A stretch of DNA of 64,000 nucleotides from Candidatus Poribacteria bacterium. GTDB lineage: Bacteria > Poribacteria > WGA-4E > UBA9662. Positions 30,310 to 41,279 of this stretch are shown in pieces (position 1 is the first letter of the stretch; the number at the start of each line of letters is the position of its first letter). A program made the translations under genes and the position numbers. The notes beneath the pieces are model-generated. The model worked only from the letters and a program-made list of their open reading frames with translations, was not told the DNA's origin and made no database searches. The DNA is taken from assembly GCA_046582655.1 (NCBI GenBank), contig JAYGDX010000014.1:1-64000 (forward strand), in the 5' to 3' direction.

Positions 30310-31182
30310 ATGTTGATTCGTGGTGGAGATAGTGCCATTAACCTTCCTTCTACGCTGACGGAAGAAGAAAAATGGTACTTTGATCTACATGGTTATCTCA
30401 TTCTTCGGCAGGTGATTACACCAGATGAAGTGTTGCAGATGCTGAAGATTGCTAACAATTGGTTGGAGCATCCGGATCAGGCACCGGAATCAATCAAGGT
30501 GATGGTTGAGGAATATCGTGGGGTTATCAACCCCTTGCCCTACGGGCATCGAATCTTTGAACGAACCAGTTTGAACCAAAAAGCTCTGAGGATAGTAATG
30601 GGTTTGATGTGGAATCGACCTCGACTCTTCAATTGCGCGCTGGTACAGCAAAAGAGAAAACCGATTCCCAAAGGAGAGGAGGAAAAACTGCACCGTGACA
30701 CCAGCGGATTTGACTTTCCAGACGGATTTCGCAACCCACACAACGACTATCAGGCGGGAAATGGACAGATCTATAGCAACTACGTCAATACTGCTATCAC
30801 TCTGGTGGATGTACCGAAAGATAATGGGTTTACCTGTATTCCAGGCACCCACAAATCGCAGATTGATTTTCCTGGCACTATCGGTATCGATAACGAGTGG
30901 GCACCGGCGGAAACCTTTGAATTGACTGCTGGGGATTGTCTGGTTTTCTCTTCCCGATTGATGCACGGTGCCAGGTTCTGGAAGATGGGTTATCCGCGGA
31001 TGGTGATTTTCAATCGTTACCAGTTTAGCTTCTATTTCAATGAGAATTATAATCTGCCAATCGAGAAGTACAAGCATCTGATTTCGGCGGATCAGTACGA
31101 ATTGGAATCGGTCCAGAGAGGTGAGAAAGCTTTTGCCAAACACATCCTGAAAAAGTTGGACAAGGGAGAAGAATTGTGTTGA
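30310..31182 (+). CDS. PhyH-family dioxygenase (H-x-D type)
   Basis: KWYFDLHGYL, LHRD, CIPGTHK, AGDCLVF...LMHG. Confidence 0.9.
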   Translation: MLIRGGDSAINLPSTLTEEEKWYFDLHGYLILRQVITPDEVLQMLKIANNWLEHPDQAPESIKVMVEEYRGVINPLPYGHRIFERTSLNQKALRIVMGLMWNRPRLFNCALVQQKRKPIPKGEEEKLHRDTSGFDFPDGFRNPHNDYQAGNGQIYSNYVNTAITLVDVPKDNGFTCIPGTHKSQIDFPGTIGIDNEWAPAETFELTAGDCLVFSSRLMHGARFWKMGYPRMVIFNRYQFSFYFNENYNLPIEKYKHLISADQYELESVQRGEKAFAKHILKKLDKGEELC

Positions 31183-31994
31183 CGCAGGAAGAAAAATGGT
31201 ATTTAGACTTAAACGGTTTTTTGGTGGTACGAAATGCTGTTCCAGCAGAAGATATTGAACAGATGAAAGGACAGATGTTGGAATGGTATCAATGGGATGC
31301 CACACAGTTCAAGCCGCCGATGCGAATTGCTTGCCAACCCAATAAACCGTGGTGGGTGTATAATATGCACTATGGGCACGAAGCCTTTCAGCGCCTAATG
31401 CTGAACTCGGAGATTCTAAGGGTAGTGACAGCTTTGACTTGGAATCATCCGCGAGTTTTCGACGTAGTGGCCAATATCTGCTATTCTAGCGCGGACGGAC
31501 TGGAGTTACATGGAGGGCATAAAGGATGGTTTCGTAGTCCGCATCATCAATACCAGGTGGCCAATGGAGAGATCTTCGCCAGCTTTTTCAACCTGTCGGT
31601 ATCCTTGATTGACGTACCAGCTGGTAACGGGTTTGCCTGCATACCGGGCAGCCATAAATCCAATTTCGAATGTCCCGACCACGTCAACATGGATGACGAT
31701 CCGCCAACGGTACGTAATGTTCCGGTGAAGGCTGGTGACCTGATCATTTTTCTGCCCAATACCCGTCATGCAGGTCGAAGATGGAAACACGATGCTTATC
31801 CACGGATGACAGTTTTTCTGCGATGGGTCTATGCCAAACAATTCCACCATTCCAATTCTGCCAATTGGTTTCCCTTTGAGGAACACAAAGACCGGGTTCC
31901 ACTTGCTCTACACCAACTGGAAGGTCGGGATAACGGGCAACGGCATGCTTTGGACGAGATGATCGATCCATTCAAAATTGATCTGCCGGAATGA
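31176..31994 (+). CDS. PhyH-family Fe/2OG enzyme (H-x-G type)
   Basis: KWYLDLNGFL, LHGG, CIPGSHK, AGDLIIF...TRHAG. Confidence 0.9.
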   Translation: MLTQEEKWYLDLNGFLVVRNAVPAEDIEQMKGQMLEWYQWDATQFKPPMRIACQPNKPWWVYNMHYGHEAFQRLMLNSEILRVVTALTWNHPRVFDVVANICYSSADGLELHGGHKGWFRSPHHQYQVANGEIFASFFNLSVSLIDVPAGNGFACIPGSHKSNFECPDHVNMDDDPPTVRNVPVKAGDLIIFLPNTRHAGRRWKHDAYPRMTVFLRWVYAKQFHHSNSANWFPFEEHKDRVPLALHQLEGRDNGQRHALDEMIDPFKIDLPE

Positions 31995-32026
31995 TTGTTT
32001 ATTCGGTTGAAATGATGGTGTAAATC

Positions 32027-34758
32027 ATGATACAGGTCAAACACGCGCGATACAAACCCCACGGTGCCTACCTGCGGTTGAGTAATGATCAGTACATCTT
32101 GGATGTGGATGACCAGAATGGCGTTATCAAGGGTTTGTACCTTAAAGACGATCTTTACGGCACCAATTTCATGGGTAATGAGCAGAACATGCGGCTCAAC
32201 ATCTGGTGGAAACAGCGATACGTTCCACAGAAAGCACAACGGATTCCCATGTATTGCTGGACCGGAGACATCATCTTCAAAATGAGACGCCATCATCAGG
32301 AAACATGGTGTCCGATGCATACATTCCTTTCTGAGGATATCCGAACGGTTTCCTATAATGACGATTCAATTACCACTAATTACCAAGGGAATTCGGCTAA
32401 CTCGGGGGGACTACAGAATCTGGATATAAGACAAACTTATCAACTGTCTGGTGACGCTATCCTGTGGCTGATTACCATTAGAAATACCTCTCAGGAACAA
32501 CTGGAAATCGGAGAGTTTGGTTTACCGATTATTATGAATTCGAACTATGCTATCGGGGATGAAAAGCAGGGGTTCAACCACAGATCGGTAGACTCAGCCA
32601 AATACGTTTCGAACAACGGGTGGTGACCCACTACTGCGTCTCGGGGCACTCCACCTACCTCTACGCTGTACGACCGACGGGCAAGGGCGATCTGCTGACT
32701 ATCATCCCGCAGGCGGATACAGCGTTTGAGGCTGTTATCGGGGATACTTATTTCGGTGATGGTTTAAAAACCGAGATGATGACGGCTACGGGATCTATCT
32801 TCTTCCTCTACGCCAAAACGGTTCTTGAAAAACCGTGGTACAATAAGCATTCCGCCCTAACGTTGGTGCCTGATCAGGAAAAACAGTTCCACTTGAAAAT
32901 TTACCGTGCCAGAGACTACCAAGATCTGGAGGAGACACTTTACCAAAACGGCAATTTGGCAGCTCAAATCACGCCAGGGATGGTTATTCCTCGAAACACC
33001 ACCGGCCGCTTGCTTCTCCGTTGCCAGAACCCGGTTAGTTCAATTGAAACCGACGACGGCATTGAAGTTACCCCCATAGAACATCTGGGAGATAGGTACA
33101 CTTATACGGTACGCCTACTTTCAACTGGAGAACAGCGAGTGCATGTAGTCTACGGAGATGAAGAATGGACCAATTTGTTGTTTTATGGAATAGAGCCTCT
33201 GGAAACCTTAATCAAGGCCCGTGCTCGGTTTATCGCCGACAAACAGCAGGTGACAGATCCCGACGACATTTGTCAGTACAGTTTTCGGGCTTGGAACAAC
33301 AAAAAAGGTGCTTTGCACACTATGGAGGACAGTGGTGGCCCCTTGCAGGGCGGAAATATCGAAATGGGTGGTAGCGATGACCGTAACTTTGCACCGGCGC
33401 TTTTCCTGTCGGGCAAAAACGTTTACTATCCCGAGTTAAAAGAAATCGAGGTTCTGGACAATTTCGTGGAGAAATTTTTGTATGGAAAACTTCAAGATCC
33501 AGACACCTTCGAAGTTCGAAATTCCTTAATCGGCCCCACAGAAGGCTCCTGGCGTCGATGGGATTATGCCTGGCGAATCTACAACTATCCGCACACCTAT
33601 AACGTCTACTACAACATGTACCAGATTGCTCGCCTGTATGAGGATCAAAAAGAGATACCGGTCAGCCGAACACCGAGGGAATACCTTTATCTTGCCTACC
33701 GTACCTGCTTGACTTCGCTTCTGGATTCCACCTACCAGGCCATATATGAAACCAAGAACTACATGGACTACCACTGCGGTAACATGGCCAAAACTCATGC
33801 CGTACTCAACAACTGGAACAGATCCAATATTCTGGATGCCTTGAAAATGGAGGACATGGGCCAAGAACATGGGATATTGCAAACCGCCATTGAGGAAACG
33901 TTTCCCTATTTTGTTGAAGAGGAGTATCCGTATGCCACTGAATACTGTTTCGACCAAGCCAGTTACGAAGGGGTTTACCAGATTGGGAAAGAGGCAGGGG
34001 ATCAAGCCTTGAAACAGAAAACTGTCGAGGTGGTTCTTGCCTGCCGGCACACACAACCGTTGTGGTTCCATTACGGTACAGCCTTGCGGACGATCGGAAA
34101 TTACGATACGCCTCTAGGAGCTATTCCCCTCCTGGACGCCTACGAACTCAGCAGAGATCCATTTTTGCTGAGGATAGGGTATGCTGGCACTTTGGCTGTT
34201 TGGAGTTGTGTTGATGCCTCAGGGACGGGTCACCATACTCGGGATACGCGGTTCAATCCACCGCAAGAGGGGGATGAACACTATACCTCTTACCTTAATA
34301 ACCACTTTTCAGGCGAACTGGGTGTGGGTTTGTTCGGTAATCTACACTTACTCAAGTCGTATCTTGTCAGGGATAGTCATCTGGGTCTGATCGGATATGG
34401 TGGCGAAGTTTCCGAAACGGAAGAGAATTACACTCTGAAACCACGAGATGGACTGGGCGTTCGAGCTTTCTTTGAACCGATAGACGTGCAGGTGGAAACA
34501 ATGGGTGCTCAAATGAAGCTCGTGACAATCAGCAAAAACAAAGGTCGAATTACCATTGTGTGTTGCCGACCATATCCTCATACCGATACCGGCCGGTTCT
34601 GCCTAAAGGGAATGCCTCCAGGACAGTACACTATCAAATCCAGCAATCAGGGGCAGGGGATCAATGTTGATGATGACAACATGCTGGAGTGTCTTGTTGC
34701 GCTCGCACCAGAGGAAACTGTGGTTCAGATCTGGCAAACATCACTGAACGATGCATAA
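32027..34758 (+). pseudogene. DUF5695-like putative glycoside hydrolase, split by a -1 frameshift at about 32607-32609
   Basis: LEIGEFGLP in the first ORF; RIYNYPH, TEYCFDQASYE and FSGELGVGLFG in the second; restoring one T gives YVFEQRVVTHYCVSGHS. Confidence 0.7.
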
Positions 34759-35261
34759 TGACGACCAAAATTAACTCCATCTTTCTTTCTGGAAGTTTGG
34801 CCAATACGGTTTCTAAAACGCTAAGAAGGCCATATCAAGCTATCAGTAGAAACACCTGATAGTAGCGAGTTGCTGGCTGAAAGGAAGATGTTCGGATTCA
34901 ATAGATCACTGCGCGCTTTTGCCATCCACGTGCAATCCCAACTTCCTCGCTCATAGACTAACGTCACTTTCCATGCATTCCTTTAGCATCAGAACCAGAT
35001 TCCATCAACTTCACGTTTTTTTCGATGACTTTCCTGCTTTACATAAAGTACTGGGGGTTAAGTAGGTCAGTCACTCTAATTGGACTTGCAATAATCTTTG
35101 TAAGGGTGTATCTTCCGCCATTGAATGCCTTTGGGAAATGAGTAACCTAAGTGTAACTTCACTGGAGGTTATTTTCATATCTTGCTTTGTTGTATTTGCT
35201 ACTGGAATAAAGTCTATGCTAGCTTCTTACTCAACAATTTACAAAAATAAGGAAACGAGAA

Positions 35262-36086
35262 ATGAAAAAAACTATACTCACCCGTTTGATGACAAGTCTA
35301 GTAACCGCTCTTTTCGCAACCTTGTTCTTTTTCCCTGGAGATACCAAAGCCAAAGTCAGCCGGGAAGGACTGATTCTCCACTACAGTTTTGACAAAAACT
35401 CGATCAAAGGGAAAGATATCACAGATCTATCTGGAAACAAAAACGATGGTCTCATCAAAGGTAAACAAAAAACTGTTAAAGGAAAAGTCAAGGAAGGTAT
35501 GGAGTTTAGCGGCTCATCCCCGGACTATATTTCTGTTAGGAACCATCACTACAAAAAGGCTGACATTGAAGCCATCACATTGATCGCGTGGGTGCAAAGC
35601 CCAAGCCGCGGTATGATTGCTTCATGGGATCGAAGCGAGTTTTTCCGCTTTGGCGTGGGTGACGATCAACTTGGAAATAACGATTTTATCGCTTTTGACA
35701 CCTGTTGCGGAATTCACGACTGGCATGGGAAGGAAAAAATTACCGATGACAAGTGGCATCATGTGGTTGCCCAGTTCGATGGGAAGAACAAGCGGATCTA
35801 CGTTGACGGAAAACTTGATGCCGAGGTAAAGGCGCCGCACAAGGTCATGGGTAAGGTGATTACGCGTTACGGTTTTATTGGCATTGGATCAGAAGCTGGT
35901 GCTTTCGACGGCGGAATAGGTCCAAATTGGGCTTTTAGAGGCGTGATGGATGAATTTTTTCTGTTTCATCGTGCGGTAACAGCTAAAGAGATTGCCCATA
36001 TGGCCAAGGGACCGTCAGAACCATTTGCGGTTGATTCAAAGAAAAAACTGGCTATCAGTTGGGCCGAGATCAAGACCATCCAATAA
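35262..36086 (+). CDS. Secreted LamG-like jellyroll protein with C-terminal tail
   Basis: Signal peptide, LILHYSFD, DLSGN, DDKWHHVV...IYVDG, FRGVMDE, AVDSKKKLAISWAEIK. Confidence 0.9.
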   Translation: MKKTILTRLMTSLVTALFATLFFFPGDTKAKVSREGLILHYSFDKNSIKGKDITDLSGNKNDGLIKGKQKTVKGKVKEGMEFSGSSPDYISVRNHHYKKADIEAITLIAWVQSPSRGMIASWDRSEFFRFGVGDDQLGNNDFIAFDTCCGIHDWHGKEKITDDKWHHVVAQFDGKNKRIYVDGKLDAEVKAPHKVMGKVITRYGFIGIGSEAGAFDGGIGPNWAFRGVMDEFFLFHRAVTAKEIAHMAKGPSEPFAVDSKKKLAISWAEIKTIQ

Positions 36087-36478
36087 TTTTGTTCAACACC
36101 CTGAAGGCGAGAGATCTGTAGAGGATTGCGGGGAAACCTCTATTGTTTGTTTTCCCAACTTTAGCAGTTTAGAACTCGTGGTCCATTGTGGTATTTTGAC
36201 TCTGATTCAGTTGATGATCTCCTTGTGACTTGGATAGTGCCTTTGTTCTTGAGAGTAAGCATATCACAGGATAGGCGAGTCTAACGAACGATGGGGCCCA
36301 GTCGTTTCCCCACTTGCTGGGCGACTGAGTTCTTTGGCTCCCTATTATATCTTGCCAGAACACCCAGCGAAAAAGCTCATGACCCAGCTTATACTCTTGA
36401 TCCGAAGCAAAGAGAGGATACCACTTATGAGGAGATAGATGGTTTTTCGCCCCGAGGCTCTGGTTGATGCGGATTGGC

Positions 36479-37594
36479 TTAATGAATTACTGCACCATCT
36501 GCACCGAAACTGCTGCTAATCTGCCTCGGTTTGTAAGGAAACTTGTCTAGCTTTGATTCATTAATCTCCACACCGATACCCGGTCTATCAGGCACAACTA
36601 AGTAACCTGCATCACGCTCAAGCGGTTGAACAATGATCTCGTTAAAGGTATCTGCGCCAATGTTACTTTCCATTAACACATAGTTAGGAATAGAAGCATC
36701 AAGTTGGACGAAGGCCGCGATGTTGACTGGACTTCCCATCAGGTGTGGAAAAACCCCGACAAAGGATGCTTCCGCCAGTGCGGCAATTTTCTTGCACTGG
36801 GTAATACCGCCGGCTAGCGAAACATCGGGACGAATTAAACTAACCGTTTTCTGGTCGATTAGACCTTTGAACTGCTGCACGTTATAGAACCGCTCGCCCG
36901 TTGCTATGGGGATATGAACATGGCGGGCCACATAGTCCAACGCATCCACGCTTTGCGGGGCCAGTGGATCTTCGTAATATAGGATTCTGAATGGAGCCAG
37001 TTCGTTAGCTAGAATGATGGCTTCGTCCGGCGTAAGGTTCCGGTGAATCTCAAGCCCTAGATCAATTTCGTATCCAATTGCCTCTCGAATGGTACTGACG
37101 ATTTCTACCGCCATGGTGATTACCTGAGTTGAAGTTTGATTTTCCCAACCAGAAAAAAATGGCGATGTCCGTAGCGAATTAAATCCATTTTCAACGTTCC
37201 GAATGGCACTTGTAGCTCGCTCAGCAAGCGTATCTCCAGTAACATTATTAAAAACCTTGATCTTGTCTCGACACTTTCCTCCAAGTAACTGATACACTGG
37301 CAGGTTGACTGATTTGCCTAAGATATCCCACAGGGCAACGTCGATGGCACTCATGGCGGCGTTCAGGACCGAGCCCATGAAATGAGTGTTTCTAGAAACC
37401 GCTTGATAATGATGCTCTATTCGAGTGGGATCTTTACCGATGTAATACTGGCTTAACTCCTGTATGGCATGATAGACGGTTTTCTGATGTGCCCATAATC
37501 CGGCTTCGCCATTGCCTACAATACCCTGGTCGGTGTAAACGCGGACCAGAAGAAAGCTGTCGACTAGAAATGGTGTTATCTGTGTGATTATCAT
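36479..37594 (-). CDS. Mandelate racemase/enolase-superfamily acid-sugar dehydratase (galactonate dehydratase-like)
   Basis: SAIDVALWDILGK, LEIH, YYEDP, ATGER, RPD, PDRPGIG. Confidence 0.88.
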   Translation of the reverse strand: MIITQITPFLVDSFLLVRVYTDQGIVGNGEAGLWAHQKTVYHAIQELSQYYIGKDPTRIEHHYQAVSRNTHFMGSVLNAAMSAIDVALWDILGKSVNLPVYQLLGGKCRDKIKVFNNVTGDTLAERATSAIRNVENGFNSLRTSPFFSGWENQTSTQVITMAVEIVSTIREAIGYEIDLGLEIHRNLTPDEAIILANELAPFRILYYEDPLAPQSVDALDYVARHVHIPIATGERFYNVQQFKGLIDQKTVSLIRPDVSLAGGITQCKKIAALAEASFVGVFPHLMGSPVNIAAFVQLDASIPNYVLMESNIGADTFNEIIVQPLERDAGYLVVPDRPGIGVEINESKLDKFPYKPRQISSSFGADGAVIH

Positions 37595-37646
37595 GTCACA
37601 ATCTCCATGATTCAGGTGAGTTCACTGCTCAGACATAAATTGCTTG

Positions 37647-38417
37647 CTACCGCCCCATCCATCCGCCATCCACAAGGATAATACTGCCATGAACATAATC
37701 GGAGGCTTTGGATGCCAAATAAACGACTATTCCCTTAAAGTCTTCAGGTTTTCCCCAATGTCCAGCCGGAATACGAGTCAAAATCTGTTCACTTCGCACT
37801 GGATCATTAATCAAGGCTTCATTCATGTCTGTCTCGATATATCCCGGTGCAATCGCATTGACGTTTACGCCTTTACTGGCCCATTCATTGGCAAAAGCCA
37901 TGGTAAGTTGGCCTATTGCGCCCTTGCTGGCCGCATAACTGGGCACATTGATACCACCCTGAAAAGTTAGGAGTGAAGCTGTAAAGATGATTTTTCCTGT
38001 TCCCCTCTCAATCATCCGCTTTCCAATCTCTCGAGTCAGAATAAACGGAGCGTTTTGGTTAATTTCAATAATCTTGTCCCAATAATCATCCAGATGCTCA
38101 GCGGCTGGCTTTCGTAAAGTTGTTCCGACATTATTCACCAATATGTCGATGACTGGGAAATCAGTCTTTACTTGGTCGACAAATGAATATAGTGACTCAC
38201 GATGGGCAAAATCACAACTGTATCCGTGAAAATCCCGGTTCACGGTCTTGACTTCCTGCTCAATTTGGCTCCCATATGGTTCCATATCCCGACTGACTCC
38301 AATGATGTCTGCGCCAGCCTCTGCCAAACCAACTGCCATTGCTCTACCAATTCCTCGTCTACATCCAGTAACCAAGGCAATCTTTCCGTCGAGTTGGAAA
38401 TCATCAAGTACTGGCAT
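37647..38417 (-). CDS. kduD: 2-dehydro-3-deoxy-D-gluconate 5-dehydrogenase (SDR)
   Basis: TGCRRGIG, ASLLTFQGGINVPSYAASKG, ANEWASKGVNVNAIAPGY, VDGGWMGR. Confidence 0.85.
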   Translation of the reverse strand: MPVLDDFQLDGKIALVTGCRRGIGRAMAVGLAEAGADIIGVSRDMEPYGSQIEQEVKTVNRDFHGYSCDFAHRESLYSFVDQVKTDFPVIDILVNNVGTTLRKPAAEHLDDYWDKIIEINQNAPFILTREIGKRMIERGTGKIIFTASLLTFQGGINVPSYAASKGAIGQLTMAFANEWASKGVNVNAIAPGYIETDMNEALINDPVRSEQILTRIPAGHWGKPEDFKGIVVYLASKASDYVHGSIILVDGGWMGR

Positions 38418-38550
38418 AAATTAAGTTCCTTTTTAAAGCAATCATATAATCTCTTCGGTTTTGAAGATCCTATTTTTCAGACCATCTCCTCGAGTACAAA
38501 TCTAATTTTCGTCGATGAAACTATAACTGGGAATTGTAATCCTTCCATGG

Positions 38551-39378
38551 TCAACTGTCGAACCAAAGTTTTAAAGCGGTCTCTCCCAATATTACTGCTT
38601 TCTCAGCTTTTGATAATTCCATCTGTTGATCGAATATATTTAAATGTTGCTGATATGTTACTTTCGGAATCCATAAAGACGTGGGAAAATCACTTCCCCA
38701 GATACACCTTTCAGGTGTATAGGCGTTAATAATTTGACGTGTCATATCAAACATATCCCGGCAAGGAAATTCTTCCGCAGATCCAGTAACGACAAATGAA
38801 AGTTTCGCATAGAGATTCTTAAATCGCGCCAGATCTAATACGATTTTCAAGTTGTCTGAATCAGGAAAATCCGACGCATTCAGATTGGCACAGTGATCTA
38901 ATACCACCGATACCTCAGGAAAGGTCTCCATAAGTCTGGAAAGTGAACGGCAGTTCGGTGGATTCAGTAAAGCGCAAATAACCACATCGAGTTCACGAGC
39001 CGCTTCCCACAGTTGGTAGTGTTCCGGAAGTATTGAATCATCCGTCGGCCAAGCAGCGGAAACACGATTGCCACGAACACCGATCTGTCGGGCTTCCTTC
39101 ATTAGATTAATCGACTCCAAGTCGAAAGGATCGAGATTCAGAACACCTGTAGCCCAACTGTTGTTTTCACGAACCGTGTCAATAGTTAATCGGTTATCGT
39201 GTTGATAAACAGTGAAGGTTTGAACTACAACAACGCGATCGACATTATTCTGTTTAACTTCCTTCTTCAAATCTTGAATGGTGCCACATCCTAGAGGGGG
39301 CAAATATGGATCAGTAATCTGAGGATATTGATTCACATCTTCAGAATAAATGTGGGCGTGTGTATCAACAACAGGCAT
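38551..39378 (-). CDS. Amidohydrolase_2 family protein (sugar lactonase-like)
   Basis: VDTHAH, VVLDH, YAKLS, WGSDFP; ATG 39378 follows AAGGA. Confidence 0.85.
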   Translation of the reverse strand: MPVVDTHAHIYSEDVNQYPQITDPYLPPLGCGTIQDLKKEVKQNNVDRVVVVQTFTVYQHDNRLTIDTVRENNSWATGVLNLDPFDLESINLMKEARQIGVRGNRVSAAWPTDDSILPEHYQLWEAARELDVVICALLNPPNCRSLSRLMETFPEVSVVLDHCANLNASDFPDSDNLKIVLDLARFKNLYAKLSFVVTGSAEEFPCRDMFDMTRQIINAYTPERCIWGSDFPTSLWIPKVTYQQHLNIFDQQMELSKAEKAVILGETALKLWFDS

Positions 39379-40297
39379 AACAGAATTTCCTTTAATGAAC
39401 TGTCCTAGCCAAGTCAAGGCTATGTTTATAAGGAGGATTCAGACTAAAGTATGTTCTCTAAAATGGCACCTAACTACCTAGTCGATAGACCAAAAAATCA
39501 CGGTTCCGTTCAGTACTACCTAATAGCACTACAATCACAACTAGGCAGCCACCAGTTCCCGCTATCCCTACCAACCAATCTACCAATCCATCTTGGTTGG
39601 GAACACACCATCTCTAACCTTAAACCAAATCAAAACCCTAGTCAAGCGAGAACTGGAAAGCTACAGAAAACATCCAGACTTAATTCTCCAACACAGTTTT
39701 CAAGTTTCTACCCTCACCATCCTCTCCCAAATGGGCCAAGCTTACTTGCAAACAAAAAGGAACAGTCCTAGTTACTAAGTACCAGATCCGCTTTGTGCTG
39801 AAGCTGTTAATCCACTCCTACCAGGATATAGACATGACCAAAATCAACCACCAACTATTACGTTAGTCTTTTTAATATCTACAAAAACGGCTATCAGCTA
39901 ATTGTTGTCTTATTACTACGGCAGTAAAGCTATCGACCTCCGCAACTGGGCTACCTAATCGCTAATCCTTCCGAGGCAAAACCTAACCTGCCCAAATCCA
40001 AAATCAATAAATCCTTCTCCAGCCATATCAGGTCAGGAGAATCCACCACTCCCCTAGCTCACAAATCCCTCCTGAGCTACCTGTGCAACTTCTTCTTCCT
40101 CTATCGATCATAAGTTCCAATTCCAAAAATTCTTTATTTTGCCTTCTGTATCTATCGCTTGTGAAATTTATTGATGTAATAGCTAGTATTCTGATATAGT
40201 CAAGCTCCATCAGGAATATATTCCATTAGAAGTATATATTAAATTCAGCCTTAACCTCACATTTTTTCGTTTTCATGAATTGGTTAACAAGGAGAAT

Positions 40298-40975
40298 ATG
40301 ATGATTCAGAACAATTGGAAGTTTTGTTGCTTGGTGTTACTGCTGTTGTTGCTAAGCTCATACTCAACATTTGCGTTGAGAATAGAGTTTGATGCTGCAA
40401 AGGACATTGCAGATTGGGAACTTGGTCCAAACGCTACAGCCAAAGTTTCTAGCGGTAAACTGGAGCTAAAGTGCGCGGGCGGGGATACCGGCATTTATTT
40501 CGGTGATCCTAAATGGACCGATTACAAGATGGAGGTGCAAGCGCGAAAAATAGCAGGCCCCTACTTTCATCTCTTTACACGGGTTCAGAAACCGACAAAA
40601 GATTTTTACTTTATGGAAATCAGCTATAATTCACATACCACCTCGGTCTTTAGCTTTCAAGGGGGAGCCAGCAAGGAAATTACTGGTGGTGCCCGGCCAA
40701 AACATCCAAATTCCAAGGACATTAAAGGAGGTGATGCCTACACCATAGCGTTCGAGGTGAAGGGTGACACGATCAAAACTTATATAGACGGCAAACTGAT
40801 GGTGGAAACTAAAGACAAGACTTACAAGGACGGTCGTCCGGGGCTTGGCGGTAGGGATTCCACAGTTTTGTACGATTATGTTGAGATCAATGGCCCTGGA
40901 ATTCCTGTCACTACTCCAGTCAATCGTCAAGGAAAATTAGCAACAATTTGGGGTAATCTAAAGCAAGGCCATTAA
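40298..40975 (+). CDS. Secreted concanavalin/DUF1080-like beta-sandwich protein with C-terminal tail
   Basis: AGGAGA RBS, signal peptide, WTDY, YIDGKL, GRPGL, PVNRQGKLATIWGNLK. Confidence 0.82.
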   Translation: MMIQNNWKFCCLVLLLLLLSSYSTFALRIEFDAAKDIADWELGPNATAKVSSGKLELKCAGGDTGIYFGDPKWTDYKMEVQARKIAGPYFHLFTRVQKPTKDFYFMEISYNSHTTSVFSFQGGASKEITGGARPKHPNSKDIKGGDAYTIAFEVKGDTIKTYIDGKLMVETKDKTYKDGRPGLGGRDSTVLYDYVEINGPGIPVTTPVNRQGKLATIWGNLKQGH

Positions 40976-41279
40976 CTGGCTCGATTCCCCTATTAGAACA
41001 CAATGAACCAGAATTGGCATCTCGTTAATCACCACTAGATGCCAATTCTGGTTTCCATTGCCGACTTGACCATAACAGCTGGGATAAATATCAGCATGCC
41101 CGTGTTGAGTAAACGACTGATTGATCAGAAGATCTATAAATGTGAACTTGTGAAGTCTAGCATTTTGCAAGTCTTGCAATTGAAGAACACGAAAATCAGC
41201 GTTTTCCTAGCAGTCTTCAAAAACTGTGAGCAATACAAGAATATAAAGGCCTTAGCAACCGGCTAGCTCCTCTAGAATA

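Noticed and set aside
30490..31305. 271-aa antisense ORF
   Set aside because: Shadow of the two PhyH genes with no recognisable motifs
32624..32626. TGA ending the 199-aa ORF as a second selenocysteine
   Set aside because: The downstream coding sequence is in a different frame, so this is a frameshift, not read-through
33526..34071. 181-aa antisense ORF
   Set aside because: Shadow of the DUF5695-like gene
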